DNA of 64,000 nucleotides from Candidatus Babelota bacterium (GTDB lineage Bacteria; Babelota; Babeliae; Babelales; Vermiphilaceae): NCBI GenBank assembly GCA_049325595.1, contig JBMOLF010000015.1, positions 160,001 to 224,000 of the forward strand, read 5' to 3'. Shown piece by piece: positions 27,351 to 37,513 of this stretch (position 1 is its first letter; each line of letters starts with the position of its first letter). The notes under the pieces were generated by a model. It saw only the letters and a program-made list of their open reading frames with translations, ran no database searches and was not told where the DNA came from. The position numbers and the translations under genes were made by a program.

Positions 27351-30197
27351 CTAACGTGCAGTTAACACTTTCTGACATCGTTTGCATAACCCATATTCAT
27401 TATCGGTTACTTCCCAATTCCAGCAACGGGGACATTTAGTACCTTCTGCTTTAGCAACATGCACCCACACACCAACCATATCTGTTTCTTGTAAATCAGT
27501 TGGTTTATTGCGCAATGAAACGGAAGAAACAATAAAGAATTCTTTAAAGAACTGTTCTGGCGATTGATTGTTTTTTACTAACCGATCGACAAAATGTTTA
27601 ATCAAAGAAAGATGGCTCATATCATAATCAAGATGTAAAGCAATTTGCGCTTCAAGTGAGTGCTTAATTATTCCTGCTTGTCGTAATCCTTCGATTGCTT
27701 TAAGTACCGCCGAGCGTACTTTCTTGAGCAAATCCCATTCATGATCTTGCATTTGGTCGTCTGCTGGTATTACCTCGGATAATTGTGCAAATGATTGAAG
27801 ATGGATCGATTCTTTTTTATTTTTTTGATACAAATCAGAAACTTGTTCTGCGGTAAATGAAAGAATCGGCGCCATCATTTTAGTAAGCGTATCAAGAATA
27901 TACCAACATGAAGTTTGAGCTGAACGTCGCAAATGTCCATCTGCTTGCTCTACGTACAAACGATCTTTAATAATATCAAGATAGAATGAACTTAATTCTG
28001 TAGCACAATAATCACCAAGTGTATGAAACACGGCAGTAAAATCAAAGTCATTGTACTGATTAATTGTTTTGTCGTTAATCTCTTGCACTATATGCACTGC
28101 ATAGCGATCAAATGCTTCCATTTTATCAAATGAAATTGCATCTTTTGCGATATCAAAATCGTAAAGATTTGATAGCAAGAATCGACAAGTATTTCTAATT
28201 TTACGGAATACTTCTTTTACATTTTCAATTAATTTTGCAGAAATAACTGCATCACCTGAACAATCAATACTAGAAACCCACAAACGCAATCCATCGGTAC
28301 CTAATTGATCAATCATTTGCTGTGGAGATACCACATTACCTAAAGATTTAGACATTTTACGGCCTTGTTCGTCAACCGTAAAACCATGAGTAACAATAGT
28401 CCTCATTGGCGCAGTGCCTTCTATTACTAAGCCAGTAAGCAACGAACTTTGGAACCACCCGCGATGTTGATCTTTTCCTTCTGCATATACATCTGCAGGG
28501 AAAGATAAGCCATATTTTTTATTTAATACTGCATAATGACTTATACCCGAATCAAACCATACATCAAGAATATCTTTTTCTTTTACAAAGTTAGTTCCTT
28601 TGCACACCGGGCAGGCAAAATCGTTAGTAACTAATTCAGAAAGCTCAACTGTATCCCAATATTCAATACCCTGCTCTTTTACTTTATCAGCAACCTTATC
28701 TACAAATTCTTTAGTAATATATGTATGATCGCAGGTGGTACATAATAATGCAGGAATTGGCACACCCCAAATACGCTGTCTTGATAAGCACCATTCTAAG
28801 CGCCCTTCTATGGCTGCATGCAACCGGTTTCCTGATTTTTCAGGCAAGGTAACAATTTGTTCAATTTCTTTAAGTGCTTTTTCTTTTAAGCCATTGCGCT
28901 CAAGATCGCAAAACCATTGCTTTGTTGCACGGAAAATTAATCCATCGCGCGAACGCCAACAATGAGGGTATGAGTGACGTATGGTAGTTTTGTAAAGCAA
29001 TTTACCTTGCTCTGCTAATTTTTTTATCACCCAAATTTGACCATCAGTAACACTCATTCCTTGGAGCTCTGCGGGATTAATACCTTTATCATAGGTACCT
29101 GCCGGCGTAATTGGCGAATAAATTTCTAGGTTATTTCGTACCCCTACTTCATAGTCTTCAGGTCCACAGCCAGGAGCACAATGTACGCACGCAGTACCAT
29201 CTTCTAATAATACGGTATCCGAAAGAATTACCGGCACACGCAATCCTTCAACAAAAGGATGATGAGCATATGCACCAAATTCAATAAGCTGTTCTGAACT
29301 AAACTCAGCAACTATTTCTTTAGATACCTCGAGCATAGTTGCAATTTTATCAGCCAGTTGTTTTGTCACAATAATATATTTTTCATCAGGTAAACGAAGA
29401 ACAACATACCGCGCACCTGGTTTGATTAATACCGCTCTATTAAGTGGCAATGTCCAAGGTGTCGTTGTCCATACTAAAAAGTTTACTGTTTTACCTGTAA
29501 GTGTTGGTAAAACAGTCTCAACAACGCGATTTTCTAAAGGGAATAACACATAAATTGAAGGATCTTTACGTTCATGATATTCAATTTCAGCGGAAGCTAG
29601 TACTGTCTGACATGCAGGGCACCATGGTACTGTCTTATTTTTTCGCTCGATGTAGCCACCTTCAACAAAAAAACCAAACGCACGCAAAATATCAGATTCG
29701 TAGGCATAACTCATAGTCAAATAAGGTCGATCCCAATCCATAAGTACGCCAAGTCTTTTAAATTCTTCTTTCTGCGTATCAATCCACTTTTGAGCATATG
29801 CGCGACAGGCTTTTTTAAGCTCAGCCGGAGCCAATCCTGGATTTTCTTGCGAAACTTTTAGTTCAATAGGCAGGCCATGGCAGTCCCAACCGGGAGTAAT
29901 AGGAACTTGCTTACCTTGCATACGCTTACTTTTGCCAATAATATCTTTAAGAATTTTATTATATGCATGTCCAATATGAATATGGCCATTGGCATAAGGG
30001 GGCCCATCATGCAAAATAAACTGCTGATGGTCTTTATTGTGAACAAAAGTTTTTTCGTACAGATCTTCCTGCTGCCAACGCTTAATCAAAGCGGGATCAT
30101 CAATAGCTGCTTGTGCACGTATTGGAAAATCGGTCTGAGGCAAGTTCAGGGTGTTTTTAAAACTCACCTGATTATCAGGTTTGAGTGATTCTGCCAT
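27351..30197 (-). CDS. ileS: Isoleucyl-tRNA synthetase (type 1)
   Basis: HDGPPYANGHIHIGH, GWDCHGLPIE, WTTTPWTLP, KMSKSLGN, C-terminal CPRCW...CKRC zinc finger. Confidence 0.98.
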   Translation of the reverse strand: MAESLKPDNQVSFKNTLNLPQTDFPIRAQAAIDDPALIKRWQQEDLYEKTFVHNKDHQQFILHDGPPYANGHIHIGHAYNKILKDIIGKSKRMQGKQVPITPGWDCHGLPIELKVSQENPGLAPAELKKACRAYAQKWIDTQKEEFKRLGVLMDWDRPYLTMSYAYESDILRAFGFFVEGGYIERKNKTVPWCPACQTVLASAEIEYHERKDPSIYVLFPLENRVVETVLPTLTGKTVNFLVWTTTPWTLPLNRAVLIKPGARYVVLRLPDEKYIIVTKQLADKIATMLEVSKEIVAEFSSEQLIEFGAYAHHPFVEGLRVPVILSDTVLLEDGTACVHCAPGCGPEDYEVGVRNNLEIYSPITPAGTYDKGINPAELQGMSVTDGQIWVIKKLAEQGKLLYKTTIRHSYPHCWRSRDGLIFRATKQWFCDLERNGLKEKALKEIEQIVTLPEKSGNRLHAAIEGRLEWCLSRQRIWGVPIPALLCTTCDHTYITKEFVDKVADKVKEQGIEYWDTVELSELVTNDFACPVCKGTNFVKEKDILDVWFDSGISHYAVLNKKYGLSFPADVYAEGKDQHRGWFQSSLLTGLVIEGTAPMRTIVTHGFTVDEQGRKMSKSLGNVVSPQQMIDQLGTDGLRLWVSSIDCSGDAVISAKLIENVKEVFRKIRNTCRFLLSNLYDFDIAKDAISFDKMEAFDRYAVHIVQEINDKTINQYNDFDFTAVFHTLGDYCATELSSFYLDIIKDRLYVEQADGHLRRSAQTSCWYILDTLTKMMAPILSFTAEQVSDLYQKNKKESIHLQSFAQLSEVIPADDQMQDHEWDLLKKVRSAVLKAIEGLRQAGIIKHSLEAQIALHLDYDMSHLSLIKHFVDRLVKNNQSPEQFFKEFFIVSSVSLRNKPTDLQETDMVGVWVHVAKAEGTKCPRCWNWEVTDNEYGLCKRCQKVLTAR

Positions 30198-30283
30198 GTG
30201 AAAAGATCCTTGCTTTTATATTGTACTTATTCATAAGCCGATTATACTTTTTATTTTAAAAATGTCATGTATTGCCGCTTTAA

Positions 30284-31633
30284 ATGAAAAGAGAATCTAT
30301 GTTTTTTGAGCATGCCAAAATAGGTATCTGGGGATTAGGAATAGTAGGCACATCAGCTATTCGTTTTTTTTCACGCCATCATTGCATCCTTACCCTGCTC
30401 GAAAAAAAAATTCTTCTTCCTGAAGATATGCATTTTTTGAGTCAGTATAGCGTGTCAGTGCACACCGATAGCATCGAATCCTTTTTACAAAATAATGATT
30501 ATATTCTTGCAAGTCCTGGTATTGACCTCAGACCTTACCTTGTCTATCAGCATAAATTTATAACCGAACTTGATATTTTCATTGACCAGTATCCAAACCC
30601 AATCATTGCAATAACTGGCTCTGTAGGCAAAACGAGCATAACTCATTTATTATCATTAATTCTTACACATGCAAAAAAAAAGACACTAACTGGTGGCAAT
30701 ATTGGTACTGGTATGCTTGATTTACTCACCGACCCTCATAACGATTGTGCCGTTCTAGAGGTATCAAGCTTTCAATTAGAACATTGCCGTTCATTTGCTC
30801 CTGATCTTGCCATTTGGACTAACTTATACGCCAATCACCTCGATCGACACGGCAGTTTTGAGAATTATTTTTTAGCTAAATTAAAACTCCTCAAAAATCA
30901 AAACAATACACAACAAGCGCTTGTTCCTCTTGAGTTAGCAGATCAGTTACGAGCAGCGCTCCCGGGAAGAACATTTAATTTTTTTTCTGACCAATCATTT
31001 TCAACTGAAAAATTAACGAGTTCTGACACCCTGTTTTATTTTGATGACAAAAATATAATTAAATACCATCAAAACTCCCGTCAAATAATCGGATCTGTTG
31101 CTTGTTTACCTCCAATTACTTACACAATAAATTGGCTAATACTCATTGCAGCAATGCATCTTCTTGATCTAAATGTATCACTTGAAACGATCGAATATAC
31201 CTTACCATCGCATCGTTTAGAAAAAGTTGCTACCGTTAATAACATTCATTTTTATGATGATTCTAAAGCAACTATACCTCAATCAACTCTAGCTGCCGTA
31301 CAGCAATTACAACATACTTCATTAATGTTATTTTTAGGTGGTGTGAGCAAGGGTGTTGATCGTTCGTTACTCATTGCGCAACTACCAAAAACAATTAAGC
31401 ATGTTTTTTGTTTTGGCAAAGAAGCAGATCAGCTTTATCAATGGTGCTTAGCAAATAATTTATCAGCTTCCTCTCACCAAACATTAAAAGAAGCATTTGC
31501 TACATGCATAGCACAGGCACGTGACAACGATTATGTTCTTTTTTCACCAGCTGGCGCCAGCTTTGATTTATTTTCTAATTACCAAGAGCGCGGAAATCAA
31601 TTTAAAAAACTAGTGCATGAGCTGAGTGCATAA
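30284..31633 (+). CDS. murD: UDP-N-acetylmuramoyl-L-alanine--D-glutamate ligase
   Basis: SPGID, AITGSVGKTS, GGNIG, LEVSSFQLE, NHLDRH, DDSKAT, FSPAGASFDLFSNYQERG. Confidence 0.95.
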   Translation: MKRESMFFEHAKIGIWGLGIVGTSAIRFFSRHHCILTLLEKKILLPEDMHFLSQYSVSVHTDSIESFLQNNDYILASPGIDLRPYLVYQHKFITELDIFIDQYPNPIIAITGSVGKTSITHLLSLILTHAKKKTLTGGNIGTGMLDLLTDPHNDCAVLEVSSFQLEHCRSFAPDLAIWTNLYANHLDRHGSFENYFLAKLKLLKNQNNTQQALVPLELADQLRAALPGRTFNFFSDQSFSTEKLTSSDTLFYFDDKNIIKYHQNSRQIIGSVACLPPITYTINWLILIAAMHLLDLNVSLETIEYTLPSHRLEKVATVNNIHFYDDSKATIPQSTLAAVQQLQHTSLMLFLGGVSKGVDRSLLIAQLPKTIKHVFCFGKEADQLYQWCLANNLSASSHQTLKEAFATCIAQARDNDYVLFSPAGASFDLFSNYQERGNQFKKLVHELSA

Positions 31634-31673
31634 TGCTAGGATAATCACATACCTAACAAGGGGGAATGTGGCA

Positions 31674-32108
31674 ATGAAGCATTTAGCACTCATACTCATA
31701 ATAGCATGCAATATACTGGCACAAGAAAAAAAAGTTATTAGCATATATCAGTGCTGTAACCATTTAGATGAAAATGTTCAACTTCGCATAGAAGAAGAAG
31801 GTAAGCGCGCAAAATCAATAAATGTAAATGCAAAACAAAACCAATTATTTTTTTTTGCACCAAATTTTAAAGTTTCGATTCTTAATAGCAATCAAACAAC
31901 TCTTGCATCATTAGAAATTCAAAACTACAGTGATAATGTAATTAATATTGAAAAAATTAATGATCAAATTCACGTTTTTACAACCAAAAAACCTAATGAA
32001 ACAATACCTCTGTTAATGAATTATACTCCTCAAGATCAACCAGATTATCAATCAAATGAATTTGACTCAAACACCAAAAAAGGATGTTGCCGTTGCCAAC
32101 AACAATGA
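31674..32108 (+). CDS. Secreted hypothetical protein with Cys-rich C-terminus
   Basis: Start placed at ATG 31674; ILA|QEK; ends KKGCCRCQQQ*. Confidence 0.6.
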   Translation: MKHLALILIIACNILAQEKKVISIYQCCNHLDENVQLRIEEEGKRAKSINVNAKQNQLFFFAPNFKVSILNSNQTTLASLEIQNYSDNVINIEKINDQIHVFTTKKPNETIPLLMNYTPQDQPDYQSNEFDSNTKKGCCRCQQQ

Positions 32109-32117
32109 GATAAAATA

Positions 32118-33251
32118 ATGAAAGTAAATTCCTCATATGCAAAAAACGATTTACTACCCTATCTAATATTATTTTGCTTCTTAATTGGTTTATTAATTGT
32201 TATCGGATTAGTTTTTATCTATTCAGCAAGCTCGGTGTATGCGCTTGAAAAATTTGGTAAAGGATATTATTTCGCGCAAAAACAAGCGGTAGGATTACTC
32301 ATTGGAATTATAGCAGTTGCCACAATTAATATAATTCCTTTATTATTGATCAAGCGCCTTACGCCACTTTTTTTTATGCTCTCACTCGGTTTAACTTTTT
32401 TAACTGCCGTGCCAGGACTTAGTATTCGCATTCATGGATCCAGTAGATGGTTAAAATTATTTTTTATTACTTTTCAACCAAGTGAGCTATTGAAAATATC
32501 ATTGATACTCTATATCGCTTACCTTATCACCAAAAAGAGCCACGTAGTTTCGCCATTTTGGCAGCGTTTTATACCGATTATTACTATTCTGGGGTTAACC
32601 AGTTTTGCATTGTTAAAACAACCAGATTTTGGTCTAACAGTAACATTACTAGCAACAACGATGGTGGTTTTTTTTATTGCACAATTTCAAATGCGCTATT
32701 TATTGTGGAGTCTTATTGCTGCTATTCCTGCACTTCTTGTCCTCATTTTTACTAGCCCTTATCGCATTCGACGCATTCTTACTTTTTTAAACCCATGGGC
32801 TGATCCTCAAGGAAACGGCTTTCAAATAATTCAATCGCTCATTGCGATTGGATCTGGTAATACATGGGGTATGGGAATTGCCCATTCCAAACAAAAATAT
32901 TTTTACCTACCCATGCAACATACTGATTTTATTTTTTCTATTATTGCAGAAGAAACTGGTTTTGTTGGTTGCTTTATTATTATCTCATTATTTATGAGCA
33001 TTTTATATATTGGCATAAAAATTGCCTTGGCAATGAAAGATCTTTTTTGCTCATATGCCATACTGGGTTTTATAATCATGCTTAATCTTCAAGCTCTTAT
33101 TAACATTGCCGTAGCCACCGGTCTTGCGCCGACTAAAGGAATTGGTTTACCATTTGTAAGTTACGGAAATACCTCTCTTGTTGGCTATTTGATTATCATT
33201 GGTCTTATACTCAATATGGCAAGAAATAATAAAACATACTCTTTTGCCTAG
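32118..33251 (+). CDS. ftsW: SEDS peptidoglycan polymerase FtsW
   Basis: IYSASS, GSSRW, FQPSELLK, KQPDFG, YLPMQHTDFIF, PTKGIGLPFVSYG; follows murD. Confidence 0.92.
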   Translation: MKVNSSYAKNDLLPYLILFCFLIGLLIVIGLVFIYSASSVYALEKFGKGYYFAQKQAVGLLIGIIAVATINIIPLLLIKRLTPLFFMLSLGLTFLTAVPGLSIRIHGSSRWLKLFFITFQPSELLKISLILYIAYLITKKSHVVSPFWQRFIPIITILGLTSFALLKQPDFGLTVTLLATTMVVFFIAQFQMRYLLWSLIAAIPALLVLIFTSPYRIRRILTFLNPWADPQGNGFQIIQSLIAIGSGNTWGMGIAHSKQKYFYLPMQHTDFIFSIIAEETGFVGCFIIISLFMSILYIGIKIALAMKDLFCSYAILGFIIMLNLQALINIAVATGLAPTKGIGLPFVSYGNTSLVGYLIIIGLILNMARNNKTYSFA

Positions 33252-33324
33252 TACTCTTGTCCCTCATAAAAATCCTGCTAAACTGATGAAAATCTCACAT
33301 AATTTTTTATTTATAAGGAACAGT

Positions 33325-34098
33325 ATGCAAACCATTACCCAAGAACAAACCCAAACGGTATCACAAACACCTGCTACCCGTGATCCATTGGGTGATGGCA
33401 TAAGTTCAGTTCAATTAGTGCGTATTTCCGGATCCGATGTAGACATCGTAAATGCTGCCCGCGTTTCATACGGCAAATTTGTAACCGAAATGACTGAACG
33501 CGATGCTAAATTAATTGCTTTTTTAATGGCACACGAACACACAAGCCCTTTTGAGCATAATCAACTTTCATTTCGCATTAAATGCCCTTTGTTTGTTGCG
33601 CGTCAATGGATGCGTCATCGTATGAATTCATATAACGAAATTAGTTATCGGTATGTAAAATCAGCATTAGAATTTTATATTCCTTCTCATTGGCGATTTC
33701 AAGATACCACTAATAAACAAAAAACGGTCGGCGCATTTGAAGATCCTGTTTTAAAACAAGAATATATTAAGGCTTTAGAAACAAGCGCTAAAACTTATGA
33801 ATATCTCCTTGAGCAAGGAGTTGGCAGAGAACTTGCTCGTGCAGTGTTACCGTTATGTACTTATACTGAATTTATTTTTACCTGCAACCTACACTCACTT
33901 ATGCACTTTTTAAAGCTTCGTTTACATGCCGGAGCTCAAAAAGAAATTCAAGAATATGCGCGCGCTATGCTTACTTTAGCGTTACCACATTTTCCGGTAT
34001 CATTAGGCGAATGGTGCAAAAAACATGCCGATACCCTCGAAATAAATAAAGAAGACATCATGACACCTGAGTTTACTAAACATGTAGGTGATGAGTAA
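33325..34098 (+). CDS. thyX: FAD-dependent thymidylate synthase
   Basis: AARVSY, HTSPFEH, RQWMRHRMNSYNEISYRY, ELARAVLP, AQKEI; start placed at ATG 33325. Confidence 0.95.
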   Translation: MQTITQEQTQTVSQTPATRDPLGDGISSVQLVRISGSDVDIVNAARVSYGKFVTEMTERDAKLIAFLMAHEHTSPFEHNQLSFRIKCPLFVARQWMRHRMNSYNEISYRYVKSALEFYIPSHWRFQDTTNKQKTVGAFEDPVLKQEYIKALETSAKTYEYLLEQGVGRELARAVLPLCTYTEFIFTCNLHSLMHFLKLRLHAGAQKEIQEYARAMLTLALPHFPVSLGEWCKKHADTLEINKEDIMTPEFTKHVGDE

Positions 34099-34278
34099 TT
34101 ACTCTGATTAAGTTGGGATGGCACTTAAAGCCATCCTTTTTTTATCATCTCAATTTTCCAATTGAATAAATTAATTTAAATTTAAAATTTTTTGACTTTA
34201 ATACACACATATGAGATCTTTTTCTAATCTTATTCACTGATATTTATTCCAATTCAATAGTTATAACCTAAGAAGGAA

Positions 34279-35130
34279 ATGCTTCCTATGCAAATGCAGT
34301 GTCGCTCTTTCATCACTTTAATACTGTTAGTACTATCAAACACACTTACAGCTATGGAAAAAAACAATCCGGTAAAACAACAAACAGACACCACGGTTTT
34401 CCCGCTAATTGCACATCAGTTGATAACTTTGTCACATACACGCTGCGGAGCACTTGAAGCTATTCATCCTCTTTCATTGGTTAACAAATCAATTAGAAAA
34501 GAATTATACAATCATAAAGACGACCTCAATCAAGCAATAGCAGCAAAAATTGGTTATGAGAACTTGGTAGATGGCGATGCAACAAATGCTGATCTGGCAA
34601 ATACTCGCAAGGCTATACTACGCGCTGCACTCGAGGAAGAAACCACCATTAAAGAGCGTGAAGGTTATACGTTTTTGTATAAAGACACAGGAATTTTTAA
34701 AATTAATGATGTGCTTGCTTACATAGAACATGGCGATACAACCATAAGCAATGAACATATTAATAATATATTAAATGCCTATAGCTGGTCTCTTAAACGC
34801 TATAACTATGAACTGAGCGCAACTTTACTCGGCTTATTCAAACAATCAGTCAGACATCTTGCAGATAATGATCATTTACAAAAAACATATAGTGATGTTA
34901 TAAAGCCTTCACTGACCGGATATTCCCCACGTATCGTACAATTATCGTTAAAAACTGGTAAAGACTTGTTTGGATCAAATTTTTTCGATATTCCCGGTCT
35001 CAAATCAAAATCAAATACCATCGATAGTTTTATTGATCTTTATAAAAAAGATGATCCAGTTATTGCGTCCCTGGTATCTCAAGCGATAATCAAAGATATA
35101 AGAAGTCGTTATGTGTTAAACAAGAAATAA
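34279..35130 (+). CDS. Secreted helical protein, possible F-box-like N-domain, paralog of 35153
   Basis: LTA|MEKNN; LSLVNKSIR. Confidence 0.65.
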   Translation: MLPMQMQCRSFITLILLVLSNTLTAMEKNNPVKQQTDTTVFPLIAHQLITLSHTRCGALEAIHPLSLVNKSIRKELYNHKDDLNQAIAAKIGYENLVDGDATNADLANTRKAILRAALEEETTIKEREGYTFLYKDTGIFKINDVLAYIEHGDTTISNEHINNILNAYSWSLKRYNYELSATLLGLFKQSVRHLADNDHLQKTYSDVIKPSLTGYSPRIVQLSLKTGKDLFGSNFFDIPGLKSKSNTIDSFIDLYKKDDPVIASLVSQAIIKDIRSRYVLNKK

Positions 35131-35152
35131 TCATCACTGAAAGAGTATCCTC

Positions 35153-36031
35153 ATGTTAGTAAAAAAATATAATGCTTTAGCAATGTGTTTAATCACCGGC
35201 AGTATCTTTGGTATGGAAAACAATTTTTCTAAACCAGCAAGAATCGTTTCTGAAGGTCCTTTGCAACGGTTACGACCTGCTGCATTGCGCGAAGAAAAAA
35301 TTGTATTTTATTTAGCAAAAAATTTTATCGAATCAGCTGAAAATAGCACACAGGCACGCACTTATCTTAAAAATTTTTCTGGTGTTAACAAATTTGTGCA
35401 TGATACCATTAAAAATCACAAAGAAGAATTGAAAGAAATTTCAAAAAACGCAATTGAGCATATTTACGAAAAATTCGCCAACCACACAGAATTGTTAACC
35501 GGTGATTATACTAATCCAATTATAAAAAAAACTGCGAGTAAAATAATCAAGGCTCAGCATAGCAATCTTAATGCCACAGCATTTTTCTTTTTAGCACCAG
35601 ATGATGCTCACAACCGTGCTCTTTTAAAAAATATTCAACACATATTTGATGAAGCCAATACTCAAGTTACTGCTAAAAGCATCTCCGACATAGTGACCAC
35701 GCTTGATTGGGCGGTTAATGCACGCTCTGATACCGAATTATCTTATACACTACTCGGTGCATTGCGTAAATTCGGCCCGCAATGTAAAGAAGATGAGGAG
35801 TTACGAGCTCGCTATGTTGATATTGTAAAAGCAAGTCAAAAGGATCCGTACAATGATTACATAACAAAACCATTGTACGTTGTTGGCGAAGAACTTTTTG
35901 GAGAGCAACTTTACACAACTGTCGGCCTGCGATCACATTCAAGCATTATTGATGTTTACATCGAATTACACAAAGATACTCGTGTAAAACAAATTATCAC
36001 TGACGCAATTCAAGAAGCTTATAACTGCTAA
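35153..36031 (+). CDS. Secreted helical protein, possible F-box-like N-domain, paralog of 34279
   Basis: IFG|MENN; FSGVNKFVH; ELSYTLLG matches ELSATLLG of the paralog. Confidence 0.65.
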   Translation: MLVKKYNALAMCLITGSIFGMENNFSKPARIVSEGPLQRLRPAALREEKIVFYLAKNFIESAENSTQARTYLKNFSGVNKFVHDTIKNHKEELKEISKNAIEHIYEKFANHTELLTGDYTNPIIKKTASKIIKAQHSNLNATAFFFLAPDDAHNRALLKNIQHIFDEANTQVTAKSISDIVTTLDWAVNARSDTELSYTLLGALRKFGPQCKEDEELRARYVDIVKASQKDPYNDYITKPLYVVGEELFGEQLYTTVGLRSHSSIIDVYIELHKDTRVKQIITDAIQEAYNC

Positions 36032-36092
36032 ATTTTGAGTTCGAGCCTAAATATGTAATCACATTAAAAGTATATGAGGCTCGAACTCAATT

Positions 36093-36899
36093 TTATCTAT
36101 TTTCGAATTTCTGTATAAGTTCAATCGGCCCTAAATTTTTGTAATCGGGAACAATTTTCAGATCAGAAAAAATGGTACGAAAACCACTGTCTCCTCGTGG
36201 CCGATAGGAAGGCGTTGAAAAAAATCCTTTTATAATATTTTGTTGTTGAATAATATTGTTTGATAATGGCAAACCTGATGCTGTTCTTTTATCTTTACTA
36301 AATACACCACTAAAAAAAGTAGGCTTTTGTGGCACCAAGTCTTTACCATTCCATTCAACAAAAATAGTAGCTCCTGGCTTTAAATCGGTAAATATAAACG
36401 GCATAAGAGTTGGGTTGCCATACATATCTTTTGGACCTGGGTAAATTATAAGAGCGATATCTTCCTTAGTATTCAATCGAGATTTTCCACCAAGCCGCAA
36501 CACGCTATTTACCTGCAATCCTGTTATATAAAAACGAACTTTTCGTTTTACTTCTTCCATCTTTTTTTGATCAAGATATCTATTGATTCGCTCGAGTCTT
36601 AATGCTTTAACAGCCTTCTCTAAATAATTTTTTACCGCTTCCTCACCTTCTTTTTGTATATCTTCTGGTACTTTGACCTCTGAAGCATCTGGTAAAGCCT
36701 GCACGTGTGCGGGCACAGGAAAATTGAAATTAAGATCTGGTGGCACACTTCTTATCACTATATTAATGGGGGCACCACTTTTATTTACTAATTCAAAATT
36801 GTAATCTTCTTTTGGGTTTGCTTTAGGTACGTCAAGTTCAAAGGCTGCTTGCAAACCAATATTAAAAAAATATGTAATAATAAGTAATTTTTTATTCAT
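36093..36899 (-). CDS. Secreted hypothetical protein
   Basis: GGGAG RBS, signal peptide. Confidence 0.65.
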   Translation of the reverse strand: MNKKLLIITYFFNIGLQAAFELDVPKANPKEDYNFELVNKSGAPINIVIRSVPPDLNFNFPVPAHVQALPDASEVKVPEDIQKEGEEAVKNYLEKAVKALRLERINRYLDQKKMEEVKRKVRFYITGLQVNSVLRLGGKSRLNTKEDIALIIYPGPKDMYGNPTLMPFIFTDLKPGATIFVEWNGKDLVPQKPTFFSGVFSKDKRTASGLPLSNNIIQQQNIIKGFFSTPSYRPRGDSGFRTIFSDLKIVPDYKNLGPIELIQKFENR

Positions 36900-36977
36900 G
36901 AACTTCTCCCTTTAAACATTAACATATTAATACAATTTGAATTAATTGATCAACGATCTTGATTAAATAAGTGGAAA

Positions 36978-37008
36978 ATTTAAACATAATAATCGAATTA
37001 TGCGAATC
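36978..37008 (-). other. dif-like Xer recombination site candidate
   Basis: Minus strand GATTCGCATAA-TTCGATTA-TTATGTTTAAAT; intergenic; 8-bp instead of 6-bp spacer. Confidence 0.35.
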
Positions 37009-37101
37009 TTGTTTCAAAACTTCATAATTTTATTCAAAAATTGAATTATTTTAGCAAAAATTTATACTGATAAGTAGATTTAACATTTTTGGAGGTTTAT
37101 T

Positions 37102-37494
37102 ATGAAATTGTTCAAATCACTTTCTTTACTAGTCGCTCTTACTACTGTTGCAACTGGAATTGCTTCATATCAAGGCCAAGTTGTTGAGCTCAGTTCTCGT
37201 GCTCAAATAAATCAAGCACTAGCATCTAATCAATTTGTAATTATAGACTTGTATGCACACTGGTGCCGCCCATGCCAAATGATGAGCCCTATCTTACATA
37301 ACATTGTAAATCATCGCAAAGACGTTGCCGTAATTAAAGTTAATGCCGATCGAAGCGCAGGAGCCGTATCTGGTTTAATGTCAACCCGTGCATTGCCTAC
37401 CATCGCTTTCTTTAAAAATGGTGCCAAAGTTGCAGAATTTACCGGTGCACGATCAGAAGCACAAATGATGGCAGAAGTTAATCGACTCTTTTAA
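37102..37494 (+). CDS. Thioredoxin with N-terminal signal peptide
   Basis: YAHWCRPCQMM, cis-Pro ALPT, FFKNG; leader MKLFKSLSLLVALTTVATGIA. Confidence 0.85.
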   Translation: MKLFKSLSLLVALTTVATGIASYQGQVVELSSRAQINQALASNQFVIIDLYAHWCRPCQMMSPILHNIVNHRKDVAVIKVNADRSAGAVSGLMSTRALPTIAFFKNGAKVAEFTGARSEAQMMAEVNRLF

Positions 37495-37513
37495 TTAAAA
37501 ATAATAGATTCTT

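Noticed and set aside
36035..36093. Inverted repeat TTGAGTTCGAGCCT / AGGCTCGAACTCAA as a MITE
   Set aside because: Single copy in the window, between convergent genes; more likely a terminator-like hairpin with a long loop
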